NCBI RefSeq assembly: GCF_018350175.1 | Contig: NC_058369.1 | Coordinates: forward strand, 16,804,001 to 16,868,000 | Origin: Felis catus | Lineage: Eukaryota | Direction of reading: 5' to 3' | DNA: 64,000 bases | Notes under the pieces: model-generated | Databases searched by the model: none | What the model saw: only the letters and a program-made list of their open reading frames with translations | What the model was told of the DNA's origin: nothing | Program-made: the position numbers and the translations under genes | In this document: positions 26,651 through 37,169 of the stretch, in pieces | How the letters are laid out: each line of letters begins with the position of its first letter | Position numbering within the stretch: position 1 is the first letter of the stretch

Positions 26651-26843
26651 ATATTTAGTAATTTTTTAAAGCATGATTGATAATCATTTATAAGAAGAAA
26701 AAGCAATAAGGGAAAAACAGGTTTTTAAAAAGTCCAACCTCACATGGCCAGGTTGAGGTGGGTGGAGGCAGACACACAGCGGGCGCCCTTGAGGTGGGAG
26801 AGTGGACAGGACTCTCTTCCACTCCCTGGGGCTGGGAAATCAC

Positions 26844-26910
26844 CCCACCCTCCCTGAAGGCACACCTTCTCTTTTCTCCTGAAGTTGAAGTGGGTGGTGG
26901 TGTTGGGATT
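26844..26910 (-). pseudogene. NGP: NGP exon 2 remnant
   Basis: NPNTTTHFNFRRKEKVC is joined out of frame to FREGG, followed by donor GTGATT. The acceptor position reads ...cttctttGG instead of AG. Confidence 0.78.
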
Positions 26911-27590
26911 CCAAAGAAGCAGGAGGAAACTGGTGATCAGATTTCCCTTTTCAGATGACAGAACAAAAGCACAGTTACACGTCGTCGGAAGGGGCTCAGC
27001 CAAGGTGTCTGCACTTCCCACCAAAACCTCTTAAAGGGGCCTCCTAAGTGGCCTCCACGGAGATCTAGTGTGTGGGGGGCTTTCGGGAACTAGCTACAGG
27101 ATGCCACTGCATAGCTGCATATGACCTTGAGGGGTCACTTCCTGGCTTTGCCCCTCAGTTTCCACTTCTATGACATAAGAATACCTGCCTTGTATCTTCA
27201 GCTGCCGGGAGAGGGGCAATAGGACTGGCACCGGACACCGGAAGTCCGCCACCCCCACCCCCACCCCGTGTGAGGCTCTAAAGAGACCAGTTCAATTCTC
27301 ATCTGTCCTTTGAAAAACAGCTCTGCATATTCCTTTATGCCCAGGGCCTGAGTATAGGCTGAATCCCTAGACCCACATTTCATCCTTGGGCAAACCCCCA
27401 AATTTACCAGCTAGCCAGCTGTCAGGCCTTGAGATTACAATCTCTGTCTTACGTTACCATGGAAGAAACATTATCATAATAACAGCAATAGCTAATGTTA
27501 ACCAAACACTCTGTGCCTGTTGACAGGCATTCTTTCCTGTTCTAAGGCAGATGGTACCTGCTTCCCCAGCCTGGGCCCTCAGACACTTAC

Positions 27591-27766
27591 CGAACTAGGC
27601 GGCAGGATGGCTTCCAGAAGGCTGAAGAGGGGCTGACCTCATTGCCCCTGCTGAAGAACCAGAAAGCTTGGGTGACAGTCTCCTCATAGCTCGGTTGGTA
27701 CTGGGCCACACAGGCCACTGCTGCCAAGCCTACCTCTAGCCGTAGAGTCCTCCAGGCCCCCGCCAT
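27591..27766 (-). pseudogene. NGP: NGP exon 1 remnant (signal peptide and cathelin N-terminus)
   Basis: Reads MAGAWRTLRLEVGLAAVACVAQYQPSYEETVTQAFWFF, then after a 1-nt shift QGQ*GQPLFSLLEAILPPSS. Donor GTAAGT at 27590. Length is 176 nt, one short of phase 0. Confidence 0.9.
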
Positions 27767-27784
27767 TGTCCTTTCTCTGATCCA

Positions 27785-27875
27785 CTGCCACTTGCAATCC
27801 CTTTTAGGTGCTACCCTGGCCAGTCTGCCCAAGGGCCTGCCGGTAAAACATGTAGGGCTGGTGACTTCCTGAAAG
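27785..27875 (-). promoter_or_regulatory. Putative NGP proximal promoter remnant
   Basis: TAAAAG TATA-like element at ~27801-27806, C/EBP-like GATTGCAAG at ~27791-27799, and ETS core CAGGAAGT at 27864-27871, all within ~110 nt of the ATG. Confidence 0.4.
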
Positions 27876-27958
27876 GGGCCTCTCCTTTCCTATGCTACAG
27901 ATCAGGCAACCAGTCCAAATGGGGACTGACAGTCCCCAGTTTAAAATGGAGCCTCCGA

Positions 27959-28312
27959 TGGGGCATCTGGGTGGTTCAGTGGTTAAGCCTCTGACTCTTG
28001 GTTTTAGCTCAGGTCACGATCTCGAGGTTTGTGAGTTCAACTCTCTGAGTCTCTCTCTCAAAAATAAAGAAATAGAGGGGCGCCTGGGTGGCGCAGTCGG
28101 TTAAGCGTCCGACTTCAGCCAGGTCACGATCTCGCGGTCCGTGAGTTCGAGCCCCGCGTCGGGCTCTGGGCTGATGGCTCAGAGCCTGGAACCTGTTTCC
28201 GATTCTGTGTCTCCCTCTCTCTCTGCCCCTCCCCCGTTCATGCTCTGTCTCTCTGTCCCAAAAATAAAAACAAAAAAACAAAAAAACGTTGAAAAAAAAT
28301 AGACTTTTTTTT
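27959..28312 (+). mobile_element. Older Can-SINE with a young SINEC_Fc (~28077-28300) nested in its tail
   Basis: Outer TSD aaatggagcctc. Inner TSD aaataga. Confidence 0.92.
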
Positions 28313-30079
28313 TAAATGGAGCCTCTGAAAGATTTTTTTGGGGGTGGGCTCCCTCTATTCTGGAGGCTATCCAGGAGTTGGAGGCTGGCTAGAGTCCCAG
28401 TGGCCTGAAAGGACCCAGCAGCCAAAGGCCAGCTGACATAGTGCAGGCTGTGCACAAGGGGACTGCAAAGGCCAGGGAAACCAGGGACCTGGAACAGGTC
28501 AGCTGTGGGGAAGAGGCCTGGTCACAGGAACAGGCTAATTGGAGTAACTGGCATCCGCCTAATTTTAAGTTTTATCCTATCCGATAAGAGACACCAAGTT
28601 TAAAATATAGCCTCAGAAAGATTTCTGAAGTGTGGACTCCACAGCCTGAGGTCATTCTGGTGTTTGGAGTCCAGCCACAGATCCATGGACCTAGAGTGCC
28701 CCCTGCAGACGGAGGCATGCTAATAACGTGCAGCCGGTGCATGCTCAGGCAGTGCACATCAGGGTAGCCAGGACAATGTGTCAGGCAAGGCTGACTCATG
28801 GGAGAGGACTGTTGAGGGGTCCCTGGCATCATCCTAATAGCAAGCCTTCACCTACACAAATACGCATATTTGCCCTGCAGGCAAAGATGGAGGAAACTGC
28901 ACGCTGGCCAGGATATCGTCCAGTAAGAGACACCTGGGAGTCTTGATTGCTGGAGAAACCAGAGACCCCATTGAGCAGCCAGTTCAAATAGGGACAGTCA
29001 CTGAAAGTTGCCACCTCAGAAAGATATTTTGGGGTGGGCTCCCTAGTTCTGGAAGCCATGTGAGTGGCTCTGTACCAATTCCAGCTCCACTTACCTAGAG
29101 GACCCTGGGTGACCTCGGTCACCTGAGGTGGCTTTTAGGGCAGTGGTGGTTTGGGGGGCAGTGATGGCCTAGAGATGCAGCTGAGACTGGGCTCTGACCA
29201 GGACCCGATTTTGCAGATGAGGAAACTCGGGCACTGGGAAATTAAGAACTGGACCCAGGCACAGAGCTGGTAAGTGGAGGTGCTGGGATCCCAACTACTG
29301 CGTCTTCAGCATGAGGGCTGCGGGGTGGTCCAGCCTGCTGGGAGCCGAGCTGCACAGGGTGAAGACAGGATTCCAGGCGTCTGCCCAGCAGGAGGTTTCT
29401 CCGAGACCCACAGAGCAGGTGACTCGGCCCGGGGGCCTGAGGTTGAGCCAGGGGGTGGGTGAGGTTCTGGGGGACTCTGGAGGGTGGAGCGAGCAGGAAG
29501 TGGACACTCCCCAGAAAAGTCATCCACCTTCGGGAGGCGAGATCCTATTCACGTGAGTGGTCTGTGCCAGTTTTTTCTTCAGCCAGCACCACAGGCAGCT
29601 GAGACCTGCAATTCCTTCTGAATGTCCCCACAACTTCTTCACCTCCTCGAGAAGATGTTTGGAGCAAGAAATTTTCACACGGGCCAAAGAATTATGAGAA
29701 AAGCCCAGTGAACCCTTGGCCAAGCCCCTCCCCTTCTCAGGCCTTAGCTTCCCGCTCGCTCTAATGGGGTGGCCAAGAGAGGGGGCACAGATTCCAGGAA
29801 CACAGCCCTCGCCCAGTGGCCTGCACGTGTCAAATGGGGTGGAGAAAGCAGCTGTGGCCGTATTGGGCCCATGGGGACACACACTTGTTCCAGAAACAGC
29901 AATTTGGCTCTACTACCCACAGACACTGAGACCTCGGCTAGGAAGACCTTGGCATCTGAGAATCCCATGTGTTGACCCCAGCCCTGGCCCAGCAGGTTTG
30001 GCATCCCTCTCCCCCCTCAGGGGGTGCTGCCCAACCTCCAGGCTGTCACTGCAAAGGCCAGGATGTCTCAGAGTTCTGC

Positions 30080-30698
30080 CATGTTTAGCTGTGCTACTGC
30101 TTATTTTTGACTGATGTTTACTCATTCATCTGATTAGTATAAAATGGACTTTCATCATGGTTCGGGTTTGCATTTCCCTGGGTACTGATGAGGCTAGACA
30201 TCTTTCCATTTGTGTCGGGCTGTTCTTGTAAGTTCCCTTCCAAGTTGTGTGCCTATTTTCCTATCAGGCTGTTTGTCTTTCTTGGGAACTCGTGAGAGTT
30301 CTTTATGTATTCTATTCTATTCTATTATTTTATTTTATTTTTTTAAGTAGGCTCCATGCTCAACGTGAGGATCGAACTCACAACCCCGAGATCAAGAGTC
30401 ACATGTGCTCTACTGACTGAGCCAGCCAGACACTCCAAGTTTTTTACATATTCTAGATGGTAATCCTTTGTTGGTTATGTCTGACAGATACCTTCTCCCA
30501 GTTTTGTATTGTCCTTCCATTTTCTTTATGGTGTCCTGTTTTTAATTTTATATATTTACATAATTTCAGACTTACATAGAAAAGTTGCAGAAGTAGTGTA
30601 AAGAATTTCTTCATACTCTTTACCCAGATTCCCCAAATGTTAATATTTTATCATATTTGCATCCTCTTCCTCTCTTTCTATAATATTATATATATAAT

Positions 30699-30740
<42 letters not shown>

Positions 30741-32560
30741 TTTTCTCTTCTCTCCCTGCCCCTTCCTCCCAGACACTTGAGAGTAAGGGACAGGGGCAGA
30801 ATGATGCCTTTTCCCACCTAAATACTTCGGTGTATATTTTCTAAGAATAAGAGCATTCCCTTATACGTAAATATAACATTGAACAAGTCTCAAATTTAAT
30901 AAATTAACACTAGTACACTACCGTTATCTAATCTACAGACCCTATTCCGATTTCAGCAGTTTTCCTAGTGATGTCCTTTGGTGCAAAAGAAAATCCCATA
31001 TCATGTGTTTCATTCCATTGTTATGTCTCTCTAGTGTCCTTCAGTTTGAAACAGCATTTCTTTGTGTTTCATAACACTGACATTTTTGAAGATTATAAAC
31101 CAGTCATGTCATCAAACCCTTAATGTAGGTTTGTCTAACTTTGATTCAAGATTAGAGTAATGCAATGCATTTTTTTTTTTAATTTTTTTTTTCAACGTTT
31201 TTATTTATTTTTGGGACAGAGAGAGACAGAGCATGAACGGGGTAGGGGCAGAGAGAGAAGGAGACACAGAATCAGAAACAGGCTCCAGGCTCCGAGCCAT
31301 CAGCCCAGAGCCCGACGCGGGGCTCGAACTCACGGACCGCGAGATCGTGACCTGGCTGAAGTCGGATGCTTAACCGACTGCGCCACCCAGGCGCCCCATG
31401 CAATGCATTTTTGAGGCTTTGTCCTCAATGCCTAATACCTAGAAGCACATGATGTCGATTTATCCCATTGCTGGTGATACTAAATTCCATCACTTAGTTA
31501 AAGTGGAGTCTATCAAGTTTCTTCATTTGAAAGTTACTATTTTTCCCTTTGTAATTAATAAGTATATCGTGGGGAGATACTATGGGACTATATAATTGCT
31601 GTGTTCCTTTATTTCTTAAGTTCACTAGTTTTATGTCCATTGATGGTTTTGCCTGAATTATTAATATGATGGTTGCTGAAGAGTGGTTTTCTAATTTCTT
31701 CCTTCCTAATAAATCTAGCAGTTGGCTTTCGGCTGTTTGTCCTGTTATTTACTTATACCTGTATAAGTTCATGTATTCTTTTATTTGATGGGGTATAATC
31801 CTTTAATATCCTTATATTTTGATTCTCAAATTGTCCCAGATTTGGTGGACGAAGCCTCTTAAGCTGGCTCCTGTGTTTTATGATGTCTTGCTCAACAGAA
31901 TTTCTTAACTCAGATGAAGTTGAATTTATTGACCTTCCTTCATGGCTGGTATTTTCTATACCTTAAGAAATCTTTCCCTGTTTGACTTATAAAGATATTC
32001 TCCTATATCTACTTTTAAAAGTTAGAGGTATTTGCCTTTCTCATTTCAGTCCTTAATATCCCTAAAATTAACTACTTTTTTCCCTAAAGTTTATTTATTT
32101 TTGAGAGAGAAAGAGTGACACAGAGAGAGTGCATGCATGTGCGAGCAGGAGAGGGGCAGAGAAAGAGGGAGAGAGAGAACCCCTAGCAGGCTCCTTACTG
32201 TCAGCGCAGAGCCCAACTCGGGGCTCAATCTCACAAACCAAACAGTGAGATCATGACCTGAGCTTAAATCAAGTTTAACCGACTGGGCCACCCGGGTGCC
32301 TCTACCTGGAATTAATTTATGTTAACTTTTGAACTGTAACACGAATACAAAAAATGCTCAGTAGAGACGTGTACAGCCTGGTTTATTTACCTCTTACAGA
32401 AGTAAGGAAACAAATTCCTGTAACCAGCACCCTGATCATTCGAGAGACAGAACATTCAACAGAATCCCACGAGCTCCTCGTGTGCCCCCTACTTCCAATC
32501 ACTTCTCTTCCCCCACTCCCAAAGATGACCATTCTCCTGACTTCATGCACTACTGGAAAC
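30080..32560 (-). mobile_element. Old L1 fragments (antisense) with Can-SINEs at ~30325, 31170 and 32090
   Basis: Degenerate L1 3' text. The young SINE at 31170-31397 has TSD atgcaatgcattttt. Confidence 0.7.
30703..30738. repeat. (CA)n microsatellite
   Basis: About 18 perfect units, read directly. Confidence 0.95.
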
Positions 32561-32564
32561 ATGA

Positions 32565-32892
32565 TGTGAGGTAGACTCCAGGGTTTTCCAGAGAAAACAA
32601 AACCAAAAGAAGACAGATAGATAGTTAATAGACATGTAGATAGACGGACTGATTTTAAGGAATTGGCTAACGTGATTGAGGGGTTTGCCACAACCAAAGT
32701 ATGTAGGTATGTTAAGGACAAAGTATGTTAAGGACACCAGTTGCTGGATTAGGGCCCACCTTAATCCAATATGATGTCATCTTAATTTGATTATGTCTGC
32801 AAAGACCTGATTTCTAACTACAGTCAGTCACAGATACCCGGGGGTTAGGATTTCAACATATCTTCATGGGGGATACAATTCACCTCTTAACA
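32565..32892. mobile_element. MLT2-like fragment joined to an MLT1-like LTR fragment
   Basis: agggttttccagagaaaacaaaaccaa...ttttaaggaattggct followed by taaggacaccagtt...ggattagggcccacc...aggatttcaacatatctt. Confidence 0.6.
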
Positions 32893-33026
32893 GACTCCAA
32901 TTTAATTGTTTCCACGTGGGTGACTAGTTGACCTGCATCATTTTGTCAGTATCGCCCCCCCTCCCCTTTCCTCTCTGGCCTGCGGTGCTAACTCTGGAGT
33001 CCATTAGATGGACTTGGAAGGGTTCA

Positions 33027-33205
33027 GGGGGCCCTGGGTGGCTCAGTTGGTTAAGCGGCCAACACTTGATTTCAGCTCAGGTCATGATCTCATGGTTAGT
33101 GGGATCAAGCCCCACATCAGGCTCTGTGCTGACAGCATGGAGCCTGCTTGGGATTCTCTCTCTTTGTCTCTCTCCGAAAATGAATAAATTTTTAAAAAGT
33201 AATAA
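33027..33205 (+). mobile_element. Can-SINE
   Basis: SINEC body flanked by TSD agatggac(t/a)tggaagg. Confidence 0.88.
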
Positions 33206-33799
33206 AAGATGGACATGGAAGGCTTTGGTCTGTTACTGGGTTTTCTACACTGTTCCAATGGTCTAATGTTATGTTCCTGATGAAATACCCACCCTGTTCC
33301 AATTACTCATCTTTCTAACAGGATTAGACATCTGGTAGAACAGATCTTCTCATTTTGTTTCTCTTAAGACTGTATACTTTCTTCTTAGACCTTTGCTTTT
33401 CCATATAAATTTGAGACACATCTTGTCAACTTACACACACACACACACACACAGACATTGGGAGTTTGACAGGAGTTGCACAGAGTGTGAGGATAACCTC
33501 TCTTCTTCTAGGAAGACTTCTCTCCTCACCTACCCCATTAGGCTCTCTGTCCATTCCCCACCCCTGAGATTCACACTCTACCCACCCTCTACCCTGTTCT
33601 GTGGAGGCGATGTGGCCTAAACACACACCAAATCCCACCCCATTCTTCCCTGTGGTATATTCTTTCCTCAAGTCCACCCCACGTTTCCTGTGTGTGCCCG
33701 GGTCCTCTCTGTGAAGACCCTGAGGCAGCAGTTCTGCCCCCACCTCCTCTCTGTAGCACCCAGAACAGAATCCTGGGAGTCCAGAATTCTTGGTATGGG

Positions 33800-34720
33800 C
33801 CTTTCCTCCGAGTCACCACCCTCCTCCCCAGTCCATCAATATTGCAGCCAGTGTAACCTGTAAACCTATGTACGACCATCTCTCCTCTGTGCCAAACCCT
33901 CCCGTGGTTCCCCAGACCACCCAAGGAAGAGCCCAAGTCCACACCATGGTTTTAGGGACCGTATACCACATGCAACCCCCGACCCCACCTCCACCCTCTC
34001 TGACCCCATCTCTTGCTGTTTTCTACACGCCCTGGACTCAGCACTCTGGCCTCCTTAATGTTCTCCAGGCACAATCTTGGCTCAGGGTCTTTGCATTTTC
34101 TTTTCTTCTCTCTTTCTAGGACTCTCTTCCCCTAGCTATGTCCCTGGCTTGCTCCTTTACTTCCTCAGATCTCTGCTCAAATGGTACCTTCTGAGTGAAT
34201 CTTTCTCCCCACCCCACCCCGTATAGATACAAAATTGCAAATGTCCCTTCCTCATACTCCCATCCTCTTCTCTGCTGCTTTATATGTTTTGTCTTACCAT
34301 AGCTCTTCTTGCCATCAAACATACCGTATATTCTTTATTCTGTTAATGTCTGTGACCCCTCACTAGATTGTGAGCTCATTACGGCAGAGATCTTTGCTTG
34401 TTTTATTTAAAAAAAATTTTTTTTAAGTTTATTTATTTTTGAGAGAGAGAGGGAGAGCAAGCGAGCTGGGGAGGGGCAGAGAGAGGGAGAGTCAGAAACC
34501 CAAGCAGGCTCTGTGCTCCCACCAACAGAGCCTGATGTGGGGCTCGAACTCACAAACCACGAAATCATGACCTGAGCCGAGATCAAGAATCAGTGGCTCA
34601 ACTGACTGAGACACCCACGCGCCTCGATCTTTACCTGTTTTATTCAACAGCACCTAGAACAGTGCGCAGGGCACAGGGCACAGGGCACAGGGGGTGTTGA
34701 GTAAATATTTGTTGAATAAC
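33800..34720 (+). mobile_element. LINE-2 3' end with an antisense Can-SINE (~34415-34625)
   Basis: cactagattgtgagctc...agcacctagaacagtg...gtaaatatttgttgaat matches the L2 terminus. Confidence 0.65.
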
Positions 34721-35187
34721 TGAGCTGGGAGGGACGATACCCAGGCCCAGCCTGGACTCTACAATTCGCTTGCTGGGAGACTTGAGCGATCCATTCACCA
34801 ATCCAGGCCTCAATTTCCATTTCCATAAAATGGGGGGTGGATGTCTGTGTCTCTGAGGACCTTCCAGCCCTGCTGAGTGTGATGGGATTGTGTTGAGAAA
34901 GGGGTGAACCGATCTGGCTGAATGGGGTGTTTGCTGCCCCCTTGTGATGGGTTCTCCTCTTCCTCAGTCCTATGGAGTCTTAGGCTTCCCCGGACTCCCA
35001 ACTCTGTCCATTCCTGTGAGGAAATATGTACATTGGGAGGGCACTTCTTACCCCAGGCACATCCTTTCTGCTGTCTCGCCTCCAATGGCCTATCCCTACC
35101 CATTGCCTTAACATTCAAGGCCCTCTCACAGAACCTCTTGGTTTTTGATACATCTCACACCAATTGCCCTTTACATCACTGACCCTG

Positions 35188-35520
35188 TGTTATAGGCTGA
35201 ATTGTGTCTCCCCCAAATGCATATGTTGAAGTACTAACCCCCAGGACCCAGAATGTAACAGTATTTGGAGAAAGAGGTTATTAATTTAACATGGGGTCAT
35301 GAGGGTGGGCCCTAATCCAGTATGACTGGTGTCCTAAGAGATTAGGACACAGATATGCACAGAGGGAAGACCATGCGAAGACACAGGTAGAGGACATTCA
35401 TCTACAAACCAGAGTGAGGCCTCAGAAGATACCAACCCTGCTAACGCCTTCATCTCAGACTTGTGGACTCCAGAATTGTGAAAAAATTAAATTCTGCTGT
35501 TAAAGCCACTCAGTCTGTGA
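35188..35520 (+). mobile_element. MaLR LTR (MLT1B-like)
   Basis: tgttataggctgaattgtgtctccccc...catatgttgaagt...gaggcctcagaag...ccagaattgtga. Confidence 0.8.
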
Positions 35521-35599
35521 TCATATCTGTAATTGTAGTTCAACCCCAGAAGCACCATGTGGGGACAAGGTGGTCCCATTCTAAAGAGAAGGAGAGTGA

Positions 35600-35725
35600 G
35601 GGGCACCTGGGTGGCTCAGTCAGTTAAGCATCTGACTTCAGCTCAGGTCATGATCTCGCAGTTCATGAGTTCGAGCCCTGTGTCAGGCTCTGTGCTGGCA
35701 GCTCAGAGCCTGGACCCTGCTTCAG

Positions 35726-35771
<46 letters not shown>

Positions 35772-35835
35772 CTCCCCCACTCATGCTCTGTCTCTCTCAA
35801 AAATAAAGATAAAAAAAAAAGTTGAAAAAAAGAAA
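35600..35835 (+). mobile_element. Can-SINE with expanded (CT)n
   Basis: SINEC head, (CT)~21 and A tail. TSD aggagagtga. Confidence 0.9.
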
Positions 35836-36559
35836 AGAGGAGAGTGAAGCTAGGGGAAGGAAGGACAGTAGGACAGTAAGGCCAAAGGTGCTGCTCTAGG
35901 AAACTGATTAGGTAGGGACCCATCTGCCTGGCTCCTTTGAATCCTGGAGCCTAGTCAGAGATCTCTTTTGTAGCTGCAGTTCCACCCACCTGGAATGCCT
36001 GCCTCTCTAGGTCCTCCCTGTCTTAGGAGGAGGCTTCCTACTCCCAACCTGTCCTGTCCCTTTCTGACTGTTCCAGTCCATACTGACTTCCAACTGCTTA
36101 ATCCTGACCCTTTGCTGTCTCGTGTTTGGGGCCTAAACTGTCTGTCCTGTGGCCAAATTGCTTCCTGTAGCTGCCTGCTTCATAGTCCCATGTCCTATCT
36201 TGCTTCTTTCCTTGCTCAGCGATGCTATGCTATGTCTCCCACCGCCATAGCCTCCTCTGGTCCCAGCTGCTGTGTCAAGGTCTAATGATTCCCTTATGGC
36301 TGGCCACTACCACACCATCAGAGGACCCCAAGATGGGCTACTTTATGTTCCTGCATTTCATTTACTATAAATTGTGTTGGGGCAACTTTCTCCTCTTCCT
36401 CATGGTTGGGATTTTTCAGGGCATGGGCATTATCTTCAATGCCTTCACCTATGGCCAGGCGACCTCAAGATGGTCTTCCAGAAATAAGCTCTTTTACGGT
36501 ACTGGTCAATTTTTCCCTTCCCTTAAAAAAATAATTGCAAGGTCCTGCATTTTCTTTTC

Positions 36560-36937
36560 AAAAAATTTTTATTGTAGTAGAATATACCTAACATAAAGTT
36601 TGTATTTTAATCGTACAATTTGGCATTAAGTGCATTCACATTGTTTTGCAACTATTACCACCATCCATCTCTAGAACTATTTCATCATCCCATACTGAAA
36701 CTCTATGCCCATTAAACACTAACTCCCTGCGCAGAGCCCCAAGTGGGGCTTAATGTCACAAACTGTTGAGATCATGACTTGAGCCGAAATCAAAGGTTGG
36801 TCGCTTAACCGACTAAGCCACCCAGGCACCCATAAGATTTTATTTTTAAGTTATCTCTGCGTCCTACCTGGGGCTCGAACTTACAACGCAGAGATCAAGA
36901 GTGGCAGTCTCCACCATCTGAGCCAGCCAGGCTCCCC
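36560..36937 (-). mobile_element. L1 3'-end fragment fused to a partial Can-SINE, plus a short old SINE
   Basis: Antisense L1 3'UTR text runs to ~36730 and is followed directly by SINE body with no tail. Confidence 0.7.
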
Positions 36938-37169
36938 TTGCCACGTTATCTTTATAGAACGCCTGCCCCTGTCTTCTATGTCCCCGACTCTACTTGGGAC
37001 TATAAGCTTATGGGCTCCAATGCACTTGCTCCGACACAGGAGCGCCAAGGCCAAGGCCAGGACCCGAGGTCCTGGCTAGGGAGGGAGGAGAAAACCACCC
37101 TGCCCCAGCTCCGCAGCTAAATGGAGGAAGACTATCATTCCCAGACACCCTTTCGAAGGGGGCTGGAGA

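Larger units (their letters stand above)
24968..27766 (-). pseudogene. NGP: NGP (neutrophilic granule protein, cathelicidin/cystatin superfamily) unprocessed pseudogene
   Basis: Three exon remnants lie in the correct order and resemble recalled mouse Ngp (MAGLWKT..., NPATNIPLQFRIKETEC..., ...YEDAKYDIIGNILKNF). The position between KLHL18 and PTPN23 matches mouse synteny. Frameshifts, a stop codon and a splice-site lesion are present. Confidence 0.88.

Noticed and set aside
28077..28160. tRNA-like A/B-box sequence
   Set aside because: It is the tRNA-derived head of a Can-SINE, not a tRNA gene.
29480..29720. Cluster of ETS, RUNX and E-box-like words as a possible myeloid enhancer
   Set aside because: Short motifs occur by chance at this density, and there is no independent support.
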